Origin: Acidimicrobiales bacterium | GTDB taxonomy: Bacteria; Actinomycetota; Acidimicrobiia; Acidimicrobiales; SHLQ01 | Direction of reading: 5' to 3' | DNA: 64,000 nucleotides | Assembly (NCBI GenBank): GCA_020628865.1 | Contig: JAHDEJ010000017.1 | Location: 1,534 to 65,533, forward strand | In this document: positions 8,661-18,710 of the stretch, piece by piece | Numbering within the stretch: position 1 is the stretch's first letter | Layout of the letters: every line of letters begins with the position of its first letter | Position numbers and translations under genes: made by a program | Notes under the pieces: model-generated | The model's input: only the letters and a program-made list of their open reading frames with translations | Told to the model about the DNA's origin: nothing | The model's database searches: none

Positions 8661-9374
8661 ATGGACGGATGGACGCGGCGGAACGCAATTGTCGTCACGG
8701 TCGTCGCGTTCGTAGCCGTGGCGCTCTTCGCGTGGTTCTGGAGCAACCGCACCCGCGTCGAGGTGCTCGGCATTGACCGTTGGGAACCCGACGTCCTGTC
8801 CGTGATGGTTGGCTCGTGCAACGGCGCGCCGGAGGCGGACGTCGTCGACCTCGGCGACGGCCGGTATGAGGTCGAGGCCCGCACGACGCAGGCATACGAT
8901 TCCGGCCGGGACTGCGGCGACGTGGTGCGGATTCCGATCGACCCGAACCTCGATGCACTCGAGGTCGTCGATCGGGTGAGTGGCGACACGTTTCGCTGGC
9001 CGGAGGTCCCGGTGGCCGTGGTCGACATCGACGGCACGTGGCGGATGGTCGAGGTGAACGGCGATCGGGTGGTGGTCGGCGTCAACACCACCGAGATTCC
9101 GGAGATCACGATCGACGCAGGCTTCCTCACCGGCAATCTGGGCTGCAACGACGGCGGCGGCGAATTGCTGCAGGACGAGTCGATCCTCGAAGCGCCATTC
9201 ATCGAAAGCACCGAGGAACTGTGCACGCTTCCGGACGGAGGCGAAGCCATGGTGCCCACGGAACGGACCGTGGTTGCACTGCTCGGCGACGGCGCCACGG
9301 TCGAACGCAGCGACGATCGAATGACCTGGCGGGGCGAAGCCGGAACGGTGACCTTCGACCGAATCGAAGGTTGA
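8661..9374 (+). CDS. membrane-anchored META-domain (HslJ-like) protein
   Basis: ATG 8661 lies inside long ORF 7215..9374. It has an N-terminal TM helix (AIVVTVVAFVAVALFAWFW). The C-terminal half carries the META pattern GTWRMVEVNG...GNLGCNDGGG...STEELC... Confidence 0.65.
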   Translation: MDGWTRRNAIVVTVVAFVAVALFAWFWSNRTRVEVLGIDRWEPDVLSVMVGSCNGAPEADVVDLGDGRYEVEARTTQAYDSGRDCGDVVRIPIDPNLDALEVVDRVSGDTFRWPEVPVAVVDIDGTWRMVEVNGDRVVVGVNTTEIPEITIDAGFLTGNLGCNDGGGELLQDESILEAPFIESTEELCTLPDGGEAMVPTERTVVALLGDGATVERSDDRMTWRGEAGTVTFDRIEG

Positions 9375-9422
9375 ACCGTTCTTCGCAGCAGCGAACGCGC
9401 CAGCGGTCGCCCAACAGGTCGG

Positions 9423-9449
9423 CTGGCACTCTCGCTGCTCGGTTGCCAA
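9423..9449 (+). promoter_or_regulatory. CIRCE-like inverted repeat (HrcA operator), distal copy
   Basis: The sequence is CTGGCACTC-N9-GGTTGCCAA, against the consensus TTAGCACTC-N9-GAGTGCTAA. It is the weaker of the two copies upstream of groES. Confidence 0.45.
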
Positions 9450-9470
9450 CGAGCGACGCGCTCTCTATCG

Positions 9471-9497
9471 TTGGCAGTCGGTTGTGGCGAGTGCCAG
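9471..9497 (+). promoter_or_regulatory. CIRCE-like inverted repeat (HrcA operator), proximal copy
   Basis: The sequence is TTGGCAGTC-GGTTGTGGC-GAGTGCCAG, with 9-nt arms, a 9-nt spacer and 4 mismatches to the consensus. It lies 53 nt upstream of the groES ATG. Confidence 0.65.
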
Positions 9498-9549
9498 TCA
9501 CCGTCGAGCCGATTTCAAATCCATGATTCACATCGCCAAGGAGGCGTGA

Positions 9550-9840
9550 ATGAACCTGCAGCCACTCGAGGACCGCATTGTTGTGCGGCCGGCAGCACCC
9601 GAACAGACGACGGCCAGCGGCCTCGTCATCCCCGACAGCGCAACCGAAAAGCCCCAGCAGGGCGAGGTCATCGCTGCTGGTCCGGGCAAGCGCTCCGATC
9701 AGACCGGTGAGGTCATCCCGATGGACGTCAGCGTCGGCGACGTCGTCGTCTACTCGAAGTACGGCGGCACCGAGATCTCCTCGGCCGGCGAAGACCTGCT
9801 CATCCTCAACGCTCGCGACGTGCTCGCGATCGTCAAGTAG
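9550..9840 (+). CDS. groES: co-chaperonin GroES
   Basis: The 96-aa product ([12 protein letters not shown]...GEVIAAGPG...[10 protein letters not shown]) is typical Cpn10. Confidence 0.97.
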   Translation: MNLQPLEDRIVVRPAAPEQTTASGLVIPDSATEKPQQGEVIAAGPGKRSDQTGEVIPMDVSVGDVVVYSKYGGTEISSAGEDLLILNARDVLAIVK

Positions 9841-11505
<1,665 letters not shown>

Positions 11506-11648
11506 TTCCGCTTCGTTGCCAGCGCCTGCGAACCCTCTCGGGTTCGGTCGCAATTTTGGCAACGACGGAATTGCGTCTCTTCTCCTTCGGAGAGAGCGTT
11601 CATTCGCCACGCAGGCTTGCGCCTGAGGCGCAGATAGCGAATTTGAAG

Positions 11649-11686
11649 GGAGGCCCGGTGCTTGCGCCGGGCCTCCTTCCGTTTTG
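11649..11686 (+). terminator. rho-independent terminator downstream of groEL
   Basis: A GGAGGCCCGG-tgcttgcg-CCGGGCCTCC stem-loop is followed by TTCCGTTTTGCG. Confidence 0.7.
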
Positions 11687-11762
11687 CGATGGCTGAGAAC
11701 GTTGTTCATTTGGATCCGTCCGACCCTTCAAGCGGGGGTGCCCGATCGGTACGGTCTGTGCC

Positions 11763-12419
11763 GTGGAACACGACACACGCCAGCGATTTGTCAAGGCCGC
11801 TCTGATGACCGCGGTTCTCGGAGATGAGAAGCGCAGCGTTCGCACTGTGGCGGCCGAGGCCCTCGCAACGCCGTCGCTGTTGTACCGCTATTTCGGCTCG
11901 TTCGAAGACCTCGAACGCGAAGCCCGCACCGTCGCACTTGCGACCGTCCTGGGTGATGACGTCGGGCATGGCTACCTGGTCGAGCTACTCGGCGGCGTGG
12001 CCAACACCGAGCCGCTGTTCGATCCGGACGAGTACGCCCCGGCCTTCGTCGACAACGAACTGTTCCCCAAGCTGCACATCGCGTGGCTGCGCCGCAACGC
12101 CGACTTCGTCGTCTGGCTGTTCAAGAGCCACGACTTCGCCGACGTCTTCGAAGCGGTTCGACCCGGTCTGGTGCAGGCGTTGTTCTTCCGTGGCGCCGAA
12201 GTCCACGAACAGACGTTTTCGCTTGCGTTGGACACGATGGTGGCTTGGGTTTGTCACAGCGCCACCTGCGGCGCGGAGGAACTCCCCGAAGTCCTGCAGT
12301 GGGCGGGGGACACGGTGCATGCACTCGCCGAAATTCGCGACGAAGGCGGGCTCAAGACGACGCTTTCGGAGGCGGTCGAGAGCTTCGGTGTCGACGGAGT
12401 TCTCCTGCTCGATCGCTGA
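11763..12419 (+). CDS. TetR-family-like transcriptional regulator
   Basis: It has a GTG start. The N-terminal segment RQRFVKAAL...SVRTVAAEALATPSLLYRYFGSFEDL resembles the TetR HTH, while the rest is not diagnostic. Confidence 0.5.
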   Translation: MEHDTRQRFVKAALMTAVLGDEKRSVRTVAAEALATPSLLYRYFGSFEDLEREARTVALATVLGDDVGHGYLVELLGGVANTEPLFDPDEYAPAFVDNELFPKLHIAWLRRNADFVVWLFKSHDFADVFEAVRPGLVQALFFRGAEVHEQTFSLALDTMVAWVCHSATCGAEELPEVLQWAGDTVHALAEIRDEGGLKTTLSEAVESFGVDGVLLLDR

Positions 12420-12466
12420 GCCAAAAGCTCGGCTCAACTCAGCTGCGGAGTCGCCGATTGGAGCCA

Positions 12467-14200
12467 ATGGCGGCAATTCGGCGGAACGAATCGGAGCGCG
12501 ACGCGACGCGCCCCGGCGAAGGTCTCGTCGATCGCTATCTGGCCGGCGACGCAGCGCTCCACGACCTGCTGACCGAGATGGGTTGTGTGCTCTACGTCCA
12601 CGACGTGGACGAGGCGCTGACCATCATCGATGCCATCGGTGCAACGGAGATGGTGTCCGGCTATCCGGTGCAGTCCCTGCCGGGCATGTCCATGGTGAGC
12701 CTCATCGCCGAAGAGGATGCGTTGGACGACCCGACCCGACGAACGGAGACAGACGCCTTCGAAGGAGATGTTCGGGTCCGGCGAGCCGACGGAACCTTCG
12801 AGTGGCTCATGGTCTCGAGCAGCCTGCGGTCCACACCTGACGGGGACCGCGTGTTCGGTCTGGCCCAAACACTTCGCGTCCTGAAGGTCCGGCATGCTGC
12901 GCAGATGCGGCAGCTCGAGACCGACGCCCTCACCGGCCTGCTCAGCCGCGACGCGTTCATGCGTCGGTTGATGCAAGCGATGGTGAGCAGCCCGGAGCGC
13001 GTGGTCTTGGCGATCATCGATCTGAATGCGTTTGGCCAGGTGACCGACACCCACGGACTGCAGGTGGGGGACGAACTGCTCCGACTGATTGGTGGCCGGC
13101 TGGCTGAGCACTTCGGAGCCGATCTACACCTCTCCCGCCTGGGAGCGGACGAGTTCGGCGTGTGTCTGACCAGCTGGCGATCCGATGGAGAGGTGCTCGC
13201 CCTCATGGAGCAGCTGCTGGAAGACATCCGGCGACCGATCGAGATCGGTGCCCACGTCTTCGAAATGCGGGCATCCGTCGGGCTGACCCGATCGACCGAG
13301 GGCGTCACGACGACCGAGTTGCTTCGCCAAGCCGACGTCGCAATGACCGAAGCTCGGCGCTCGGACGTCGGCTGCCTGATGCACACGGCAACCACGGCCA
13401 GCATGAGCGAGGAAGAGCTGGGCATCATTCACCGGTTGACGCAGCGGCTTGAGGATGAGCTCGTGATGTGGTTCCAACCGCTCGTCAACATGGACACCGG
13501 AGAGACCGTGGGTCTCGAGGCGCTCGCCCGCTGGGATCACCCGGAACGAGGGATCCTTCCCCCAGGGGCGTTTCTCGACTGTGTCACCCTCGGCGGGTTG
13601 TCCTCCCGCCTCGATCTTTGGGCGCTGGCCGCCACAGCCCGGGTTTCCGGTGCGTCCACCAACAGCGGCGAACCGATTCGCCTGTCGGTGAACGTGACGG
13701 CCGAAGGGCTCCGCTCACCGCAACTGATGCCGGCGATCCGACAACTCCGCACGATGGGAGCCCTGGCGCCGGATCAACTGACGATCGAGCTGTCGGAACG
13801 GGACATCGACGACGATCTGAAACAGCTCGCCCCGACACTCAACGAACTGAGGCGGCTCGGCGTCGGACTCTCCCTCGACGACTACGGCACCGGGTTCTCG
13901 TCCTTGATCCGCCTGCGCGATCTTCCGTTCACCGAAGTGAAGGTGGATCGATCGTTCGTGAGCCGGATCACCTGTGACCACACCGACTGGTCCATCGTCC
14001 GCTCGACCGTCGAGATGTCGAAGCTGCTCGATCTTGACATCGTTGCGGAGGGGATCGAGGACATCGACACCGCGGAGGCGCTCGCCGACATGGCGTGTGG
14101 CCTGGGCCAGGGCTACCTCTTCGCGAAGCCGGCCCCCATCGAGCAACTTGCGGCCGACGGATACATCCGGTTGCCGAGCTGGGCCGACCGGGTCAGCTGA
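12467..14200 (+). CDS. PAS-GGDEF-EAL protein (GADEF variant cyclase site, apparently intact EAL phosphodiesterase)
   Basis: ATG 12467 lies in ORF 12083..14200. The GGDEF domain shows DALTGLLSRDAF and RLGADEFGVCL. The EAL domain shows EALARWDHP, ELSERD, DDYGTGFSSL, KVDRSFV, AEGIED and GQGYLFAKP. Confidence 0.85.
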   Translation: MAAIRRNESERDATRPGEGLVDRYLAGDAALHDLLTEMGCVLYVHDVDEALTIIDAIGATEMVSGYPVQSLPGMSMVSLIAEEDALDDPTRRTETDAFEGDVRVRRADGTFEWLMVSSSLRSTPDGDRVFGLAQTLRVLKVRHAAQMRQLETDALTGLLSRDAFMRRLMQAMVSSPERVVLAIIDLNAFGQVTDTHGLQVGDELLRLIGGRLAEHFGADLHLSRLGADEFGVCLTSWRSDGEVLALMEQLLEDIRRPIEIGAHVFEMRASVGLTRSTEGVTTTELLRQADVAMTEARRSDVGCLMHTATTASMSEEELGIIHRLTQRLEDELVMWFQPLVNMDTGETVGLEALARWDHPERGILPPGAFLDCVTLGGLSSRLDLWALAATARVSGASTNSGEPIRLSVNVTAEGLRSPQLMPAIRQLRTMGALAPDQLTIELSERDIDDDLKQLAPTLNELRRLGVGLSLDDYGTGFSSLIRLRDLPFTEVKVDRSFVSRITCDHTDWSIVRSTVEMSKLLDLDIVAEGIEDIDTAEALADMACGLGQGYLFAKPAPIEQLAADGYIRLPSWADRVS

Positions 14201-14324
14201 ACAAGCTCGACAGCGCGAGCCACGCACCCCACAGCAGGCCCGGGCCGACGAACGCCACGACGGCGATCGTAAGGACGACGAACCACGGTGCCTCGAACCA
14301 TTCGTTCCGGAGGCTGGCGATCAT
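14193..14324 (-). CDS. possible 43-aa hydrophobic small protein (not in the ORF track, which omits ORFs under 60 aa)
   Basis: The reading frame from ATG 14324 to TGA 14193 encodes MIASLRNEWFEAPWFVVLTIAVVAFVGPGLLWGAWLALSSLFS. It has one clear TM helix and strongly G/C-biased third positions. Its stop overlaps the stop of the convergent EAL gene. Confidence 0.35.
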   Translation of the reverse strand: MIASLRNEWFEAPWFVVLTIAVVAFVGPGLLWGAWLALSSLFS

Positions 14325-14465
14325 GCGATCGCGGCGACGTCCCATGACGGGCAGTCTTGCAGGTCGCCGGTGTCTCCGGGTGCGTCACGGAGAGTTCACC
14401 TCAACGGGCGTGAACGTTCACCCGAGCGCGACGAGCAGGTCATCTGACTGCTCGAAGCTCCGCAC

Positions 14466-15077
14466 ATGAACATCGACCATGACGACGACATCACGAACTT
14501 CTCCCGCAACCGACCCTTCGAGGACGTGCTCGACGCCAATCTGCGTCGGCGCCGCGTCCTGCAGGGTGGTCTGATCACGGCGGCGGCCTTCATCGCCGGC
14601 GGGGGCGGCAGCGCTGCAGCTCTGGCCCCGGCCGGTGAGGCCGGCACCGCCGCGGCCACCGGTGCCGTCAGCCCATCCCTCCAGGGCGGCGGCATCAACT
14701 TCACCGGCATCGCTGCCTCCACCGCCGACACGATCCGTGTCCCGGCTGGCTACTCCTGGGAGGCCGTGCTCAAGTGGGGCGAGCCGATTCGATCCGGCGG
14801 CCCCGCCTGGCTGTCGGACGCGTCCAACACCTCGTCGGAACAGCTGGAGCAGATCGGCACCGGCCACGACGGCATGCACCTGTTCCCGCTTCCCGAGGAG
14901 GACGGCAAGCAGGCCGGCCTGATGTGCATCAACCACGAGTACGCCATCGACTCCCAGATGTTCCCCGACGGCACCGAGAACCAACGGCCGGCCCCGGGCG
15001 GCGACCGTCGCGATCACCAAGGACGATGGCGGGGTCATTGGTTCGTGATGTTGGTCGGCGACGTGTGCCTCGCCTGA
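14466..15077 (+). pseudogene. truncated PhoX-type (COG3211) alkaline phosphatase remnant that retains its Tat signal
   Basis: The Tat motif RRRRVLQGGLITAAAF is followed by PhoX N-terminal motifs (VPAGYSWEAVLKWGEP, GTGHDGMHLFP, LMCINHEY). Similarity is lost after about 175 aa, and a shifted frame reads AATVAITKDDGGVIGS*. The ORF is only 203 aa, whereas PhoX enzymes are far longer. Confidence 0.7.
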
Positions 15078-15122
15078 CCACAACCGGGTGACGGTTTCCC
15101 TGCTGTCACCCCGACAAACCAC

Positions 15123-15171
15123 ACGCCGCCGCACCTGGCCCCTTTCGGGTTGCGGCGGCGTACGTCGTTTT
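15123..15171 (+). terminator. GC-rich hairpin with T-tract between the phoX remnant and the convergent EEP gene
   Basis: The stem is ACGCCGCCGCA...TGCGGCGGCGT (11 bp) with a 17-nt loop, followed by ACGTCGTTTT. Confidence 0.5.
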
Positions 15172-15175
15172 CGCC

Positions 15176-15925
15176 CTACAGCGAGAAGTCCACAAGCACG
15201 CCGTAGTGGTCGCTCGGCATCGTGCCATCGATCGGGCAGGTGCCGATGAGCTCGACCACATGCAGACGTCGGGTGGGCCGGCCGGCCGTCGGGAGAAGCA
15301 CGTAGTCGAGGCGCCGGTTCGGCCATCGGGCATGTGCTGCGAGCGGGTTCGCACGTGCCCAGGTCCATCCGTCGCCTTTGCCGCCCTCGGCCCAACAATC
15401 GATCCACGAATCGCGCAGTCTCCGGATCTCCTCACTGTCGGGGGTGGCGTTGAGGTCGCCGAGTAGGGCGAGGGCGTCGGTTTCGGCGCCGCCGTTGTCG
15501 TCGATGAAGGCGTGCAACGCGTCGAGCTGAACGAGTCGGGTGGGTGTCTCGTGACGCCGGTGGGTCAGGTGCGTCGTCACGGCCGTGAACGGGGGTTCGT
15601 CGCCGTTGGGCGCGGTGCGGACGAGCAGCGCACTTCGATAGGCCGGACCGACGAGTGCCGGAAGTGTGATCTCCGCATGATGTGCAATCGGCCGGCGCGA
15701 GAGGATGCCGTTGCCGAAGCCATGCTCGACGCTCTCGGATGGCCGGCGGCCCGAGAAGGCCCAATGAAGCTCCAACCGCTCGGCGAGCCGGGCGAGCTGA
15801 TCGGGCCAGGTTTCTTGCACGGCGATGACATCGGCGTCCGTGGCGGCGAGCGTGGCATCTATCGCCGGCTGGCGCGGTTCCCATTCCCCGAACCGCCAGC
15901 CGAGGTTCCAGGTCACGACGCGCAC
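15176..15925 (-). CDS. endonuclease/exonuclease/phosphatase (EEP) family protein
   Basis: The start is GTG 15925 (GTG 15916 is an alternative). EEP motifs are present: VVTWNLGW, VIAVQE, LLGDLNA, and SDHYGVLVDF at the C-terminus. The upstream part of ORF 15176..17920 is antisense to real genes. Confidence 0.8.
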   Translation of the reverse strand: MRVVTWNLGWRFGEWEPRQPAIDATLAATDADVIAVQETWPDQLARLAERLELHWAFSGRRPSESVEHGFGNGILSRRPIAHHAEITLPALVGPAYRSALLVRTAPNGDEPPFTAVTTHLTHRRHETPTRLVQLDALHAFIDDNGGAETDALALLGDLNATPDSEEIRRLRDSWIDCWAEGGKGDGWTWARANPLAAHARWPNRRLDYVLLPTAGRPTRRLHVVELIGTCPIDGTMPSDHYGVLVDFSL

Positions 15926-15931
15926 GCGGTC

Positions 15932-16870
15932 ATGGTACGGCTGTCTAGTCTCGGGGTCGTGGCCAAACGGCGTGTCATCGAAATTCCGCAGTGGATCGAG
16001 CTCGCCCAGACCGTGCGCGGCTCGAAGGACCCCGTCATGGTCGGACCGTCCGAAACCCGTTGGAACACGAGAACCCCGGACGGGCCGGGCGCCTTGTCTC
16101 TGGAGCGCACCGCCGACACGAGGGTGGATGCGCAGGCGTGGGGCCCCGGGGCGGACTGGATGCTCGAGCAGGCACCCCGACTGCTTGGTGCGGAAGACGA
16201 CCTCACCGGGTTCTCCCCGCCGGCCGGTCCGGCCGGTGACCGCTGGCGTCGCCGACCGTTCCTGCTCGGGCGTACCGATCGCTTGTGGGACTCGATCATC
16301 GGCGGCATCTTCGGGCAGAAGGTGCAGGTGGCGAATGCCGTGAAGGCGCGGCGGATGCTCGGTCGGCGGTTCGGCGACCCCGGCCCCGGACCATGGGGCG
16401 GCTCCGTGCTGCCGTCCCCGGAACGGGTGGCCGAGCTCGGGTACTCGGACTTCCACGCTTTCGGGGTCGAACGGAAGCGGGCCGAGATCCTCCTTCGGGT
16501 GGCGCGCGAGATGCCGCGGCTCGACAACCTGGAGCAACGCCGGCCGGAACAGGTGCGGGCGCGTCTGGAACGGATCCGGGGGATCGGGCCGTGGACGACG
16601 GCGATGATCACGGCGAGCGCAATGGGTGATGCAGATGCCGTTCCGGTCGGCGACTTCCATCTTCCGAACACCGTTGCCTGGCATCTCGCCGGGGAAGAGC
16701 GGGGAGATGACACTCGAATGCTCGAGCTGCTCGAACCGTACGAGGGGCATCGATGGCGGGTGCTTCGGCTGCTGAAGGGGCTCGGATCCGCGCCGAAGCG
16801 GGGACCCAAGCTGTCGCTCACGGGCGACGGGCTGCACATGGAACGCGCAGGTCGTCAACGGCGACGCTGA
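15932..16870 (+). CDS. HhH-GPD DNA glycosylase (AlkA / 3-methyladenine glycosylase II-like)
   Basis: ATG 15932 lies in ORF 15512..16870. It has the helix-hairpin-helix IRGIGPWTTAMI and a catalytic-Asp context AVPVGDFHL. Confidence 0.75.
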   Translation: MVRLSSLGVVAKRRVIEIPQWIELAQTVRGSKDPVMVGPSETRWNTRTPDGPGALSLERTADTRVDAQAWGPGADWMLEQAPRLLGAEDDLTGFSPPAGPAGDRWRRRPFLLGRTDRLWDSIIGGIFGQKVQVANAVKARRMLGRRFGDPGPGPWGGSVLPSPERVAELGYSDFHAFGVERKRAEILLRVAREMPRLDNLEQRRPEQVRARLERIRGIGPWTTAMITASAMGDADAVPVGDFHLPNTVAWHLAGEERGDDTRMLELLEPYEGHRWRVLRLLKGLGSAPKRGPKLSLTGDGLHMERAGRQRRR

Positions 16871-16879
16871 CGTGCGACG

Positions 16880-17737
16880 ATGGGCGCCATGCCCGCCTTC
16901 ACCACCGTGCTGATCGACGGAGTCTCCTTCGATCCCGCCACCGCTTCCATCCCGGTTTCCGACATGGGATTCATCCGTGGGTACGGCGTCTTCGAAGTGA
17001 TCCGGTCGCACCACGGTGCCTGCTTCCGCATGCAACCGCACCTGGATCGGCTCGAACGGTCGGCGGGGATGCTCGGGATCGAGCTGCCACCGGCCGAGAC
17101 GATCTCCGGCTGGGCGGATCAGGCGGCCGTCGGTCTGGACGATGGCGTGATCCGTGTGCTCGTCTCCGCCGGGGACGACCCGTTCGACGGGACGACCCGA
17201 GTTGTGGTCACCGGTGAGCCGGCACAACCCCAACCCGGAGCGATCTCCCTCCACCCGGTGGTTGCGCCCTGGCACGCCGACGGCGCCGACTGGGAACTGC
17301 TCCGGGCCAAGACGCTCTCGTATGCGAACAACTTCGGCGCCATCCGCCAGGCCCGCCTTGCCGGCCACACCGATGCGCTCCTCATCGGCCGAAGCGGCCG
17401 GGTGCTGGAAGGGCCCACGTTCACCGTCGGGTGGGTGGTCGAGGAGTCGGATGGCATGGTGTACGAAACGCCGGCGATGTCGCTCGGCATTCTGGACTCG
17501 ATCACCCGGCAGGTCGCGCTGGATGCAGCGAAGGAAGCCGGGCTGCGCTTCCGGGAGGTCGAGCACACACTCGATCGGCTCGATGCCGCCTCCGAGTTCT
17601 TCGTCATCTCCACACTGCGTGACTCGCTCAGCGTGACCGCAGTCGGCGAGCGGACCTTCCCGGCCGGCCCGGCCGCGGTTGCCCTGCGCGATGCGATGGC
17701 AGATCTGACTCGGCGAGAGCTCGCTGGCCGGCGATAG
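16880..17737 (+). CDS. class IV (fold type IV) PLP aminotransferase / aminodeoxychorismate-lyase-like
   Basis: This 285-aa ORF has GFIRGYGVFE, RLERSA, AKTLSY and EGPTFTV patterns of the BCAT/PabC family. Confidence 0.75.
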   Translation: MGAMPAFTTVLIDGVSFDPATASIPVSDMGFIRGYGVFEVIRSHHGACFRMQPHLDRLERSAGMLGIELPPAETISGWADQAAVGLDDGVIRVLVSAGDDPFDGTTRVVVTGEPAQPQPGAISLHPVVAPWHADGADWELLRAKTLSYANNFGAIRQARLAGHTDALLIGRSGRVLEGPTFTVGWVVEESDGMVYETPAMSLGILDSITRQVALDAAKEAGLRFREVEHTLDRLDAASEFFVISTLRDSLSVTAVGERTFPAGPAAVALRDAMADLTRRELAGRR

Positions 17738-17748
17738 CCTTGACCCTG

Positions 17749-18021
17749 ATGGAAGAACGACCGCCACCCTCCCCAGCGAAGCTCCGCAACCAGTTCCAGG
17801 ACTGGGTGTCCGAGACCGAAATGCCGGGCCGAACCATGAGCTACCTGAAGACCGGGTTCCTTCCTGAGATTCTTGAAGCGCAGGCCGAGGTCGACGGCGT
17901 GGCCGAGATGCTCGAAGCATGGGCCACCTGGGAAGCGGGCACGACCGATCCGGCCATCGTGCTCGAGGTGCTCAAGGACCGCGGGCTCGACGCACTGTTG
18001 GCAGGCCTCGCCGAATCGTGA
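17749..18021 (+). CDS. hypothetical small protein
   Basis: ATG 17749 lies in ORF 17740..18021. Third positions are GC-rich and the stop overlaps the NUDIX start (GTGA). No family was recognised. Confidence 0.4.
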   Translation: MEERPPPSPAKLRNQFQDWVSETEMPGRTMSYLKTGFLPEILEAQAEVDGVAEMLEAWATWEAGTTDPAIVLEVLKDRGLDALLAGLAES

Positions 18022-18710
18022 CCGACCGGGGTGGTCCGCAGCGGATCCCCACACCGGAGGCCAGCCGCCTCGGCGGGCCGCCACCGTGGCCGATACCGGC
18101 GGCACGCCCAGTCAGCGTCGCCGACGTGGCCGCCACGCTCGACGCCTACGAACCGGTCGAGATCGTCCGTGGGCCGCCAACCGAGCGTCCGCCCCGTCCG
18201 GGGCGCCGGAGTGCCGTACTGATCGCGCTCTACGACGGACCCGACGGTGCCACGACCATCCTCACCCGCCGGCCGCAGCACATGCGAAAGCATGCCGGCG
18301 AAATTGCGTTCCCGGGCGGCGCCATCGACGACGACGATGCGTCGCCGTGGGCGGCTGCGTTGCGCGAGGCGGATGAGGAAGTGGCGATGCCCCGTCACCT
18401 TCCCCGACCACTGGGGCAGCTGGACCGCTTCATCACCGGCGCCAGCTTCTCGCTGGTGACCCCGTTCGTCGCGGCGCTCGACGACGTGCCGGAACTGGTG
18501 GCGGCTCCCGCCGAAGTCGACCGGATTCTGCACGTCCCGCTGGCCGAATTGATGGAACCGGGCGTCTACCGCGAGGAGTTGTGGACGAGGGACGATCGGG
18601 AACATTCGATCCACTTCTTCGACCTCGTGGGCGAGACCGTTTGGGGCGCGACTGCGCTGATGCTCCACCGTCTCCTCGAGCTGGTGGCCGTGCCAGACTC
18701 AACGCCATGA
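18018..18710 (+). CDS. NUDIX hydrolase, CoA pyrophosphatase-like
   Basis: GTG 18018 lies in ORF 17919..18710. The Nudix box is GGAIDDDDASPWAAALREADEEVAM, preceded by ILTRRPQHMRKHAGEIAFPGG, which is the NudL/Nudt7-type signature. Confidence 0.8.
   Translation: MTDRGGPQRIPTPEASRLGGPPPWPIPAARPVSVADVAATLDAYEPVEIVRGPPTERPPRPGRRSAVLIALYDGPDGATTILTRRPQHMRKHAGEIAFPGGAIDDDDASPWAAALREADEEVAMPRHLPRPLGQLDRFITGASFSLVTPFVAALDDVPELVAAPAEVDRILHVPLAELMEPGVYREELWTRDDREHSIHFFDLVGETVWGATALMLHRLLELVAVPDSTP

Noticed and set aside
15926-17920. The upstream two thirds of the 914-aa ORF 15176..17920.
   Set aside because: It is antisense to the AlkA-like and class IV aminotransferase genes. EEP homology begins only near 15925.
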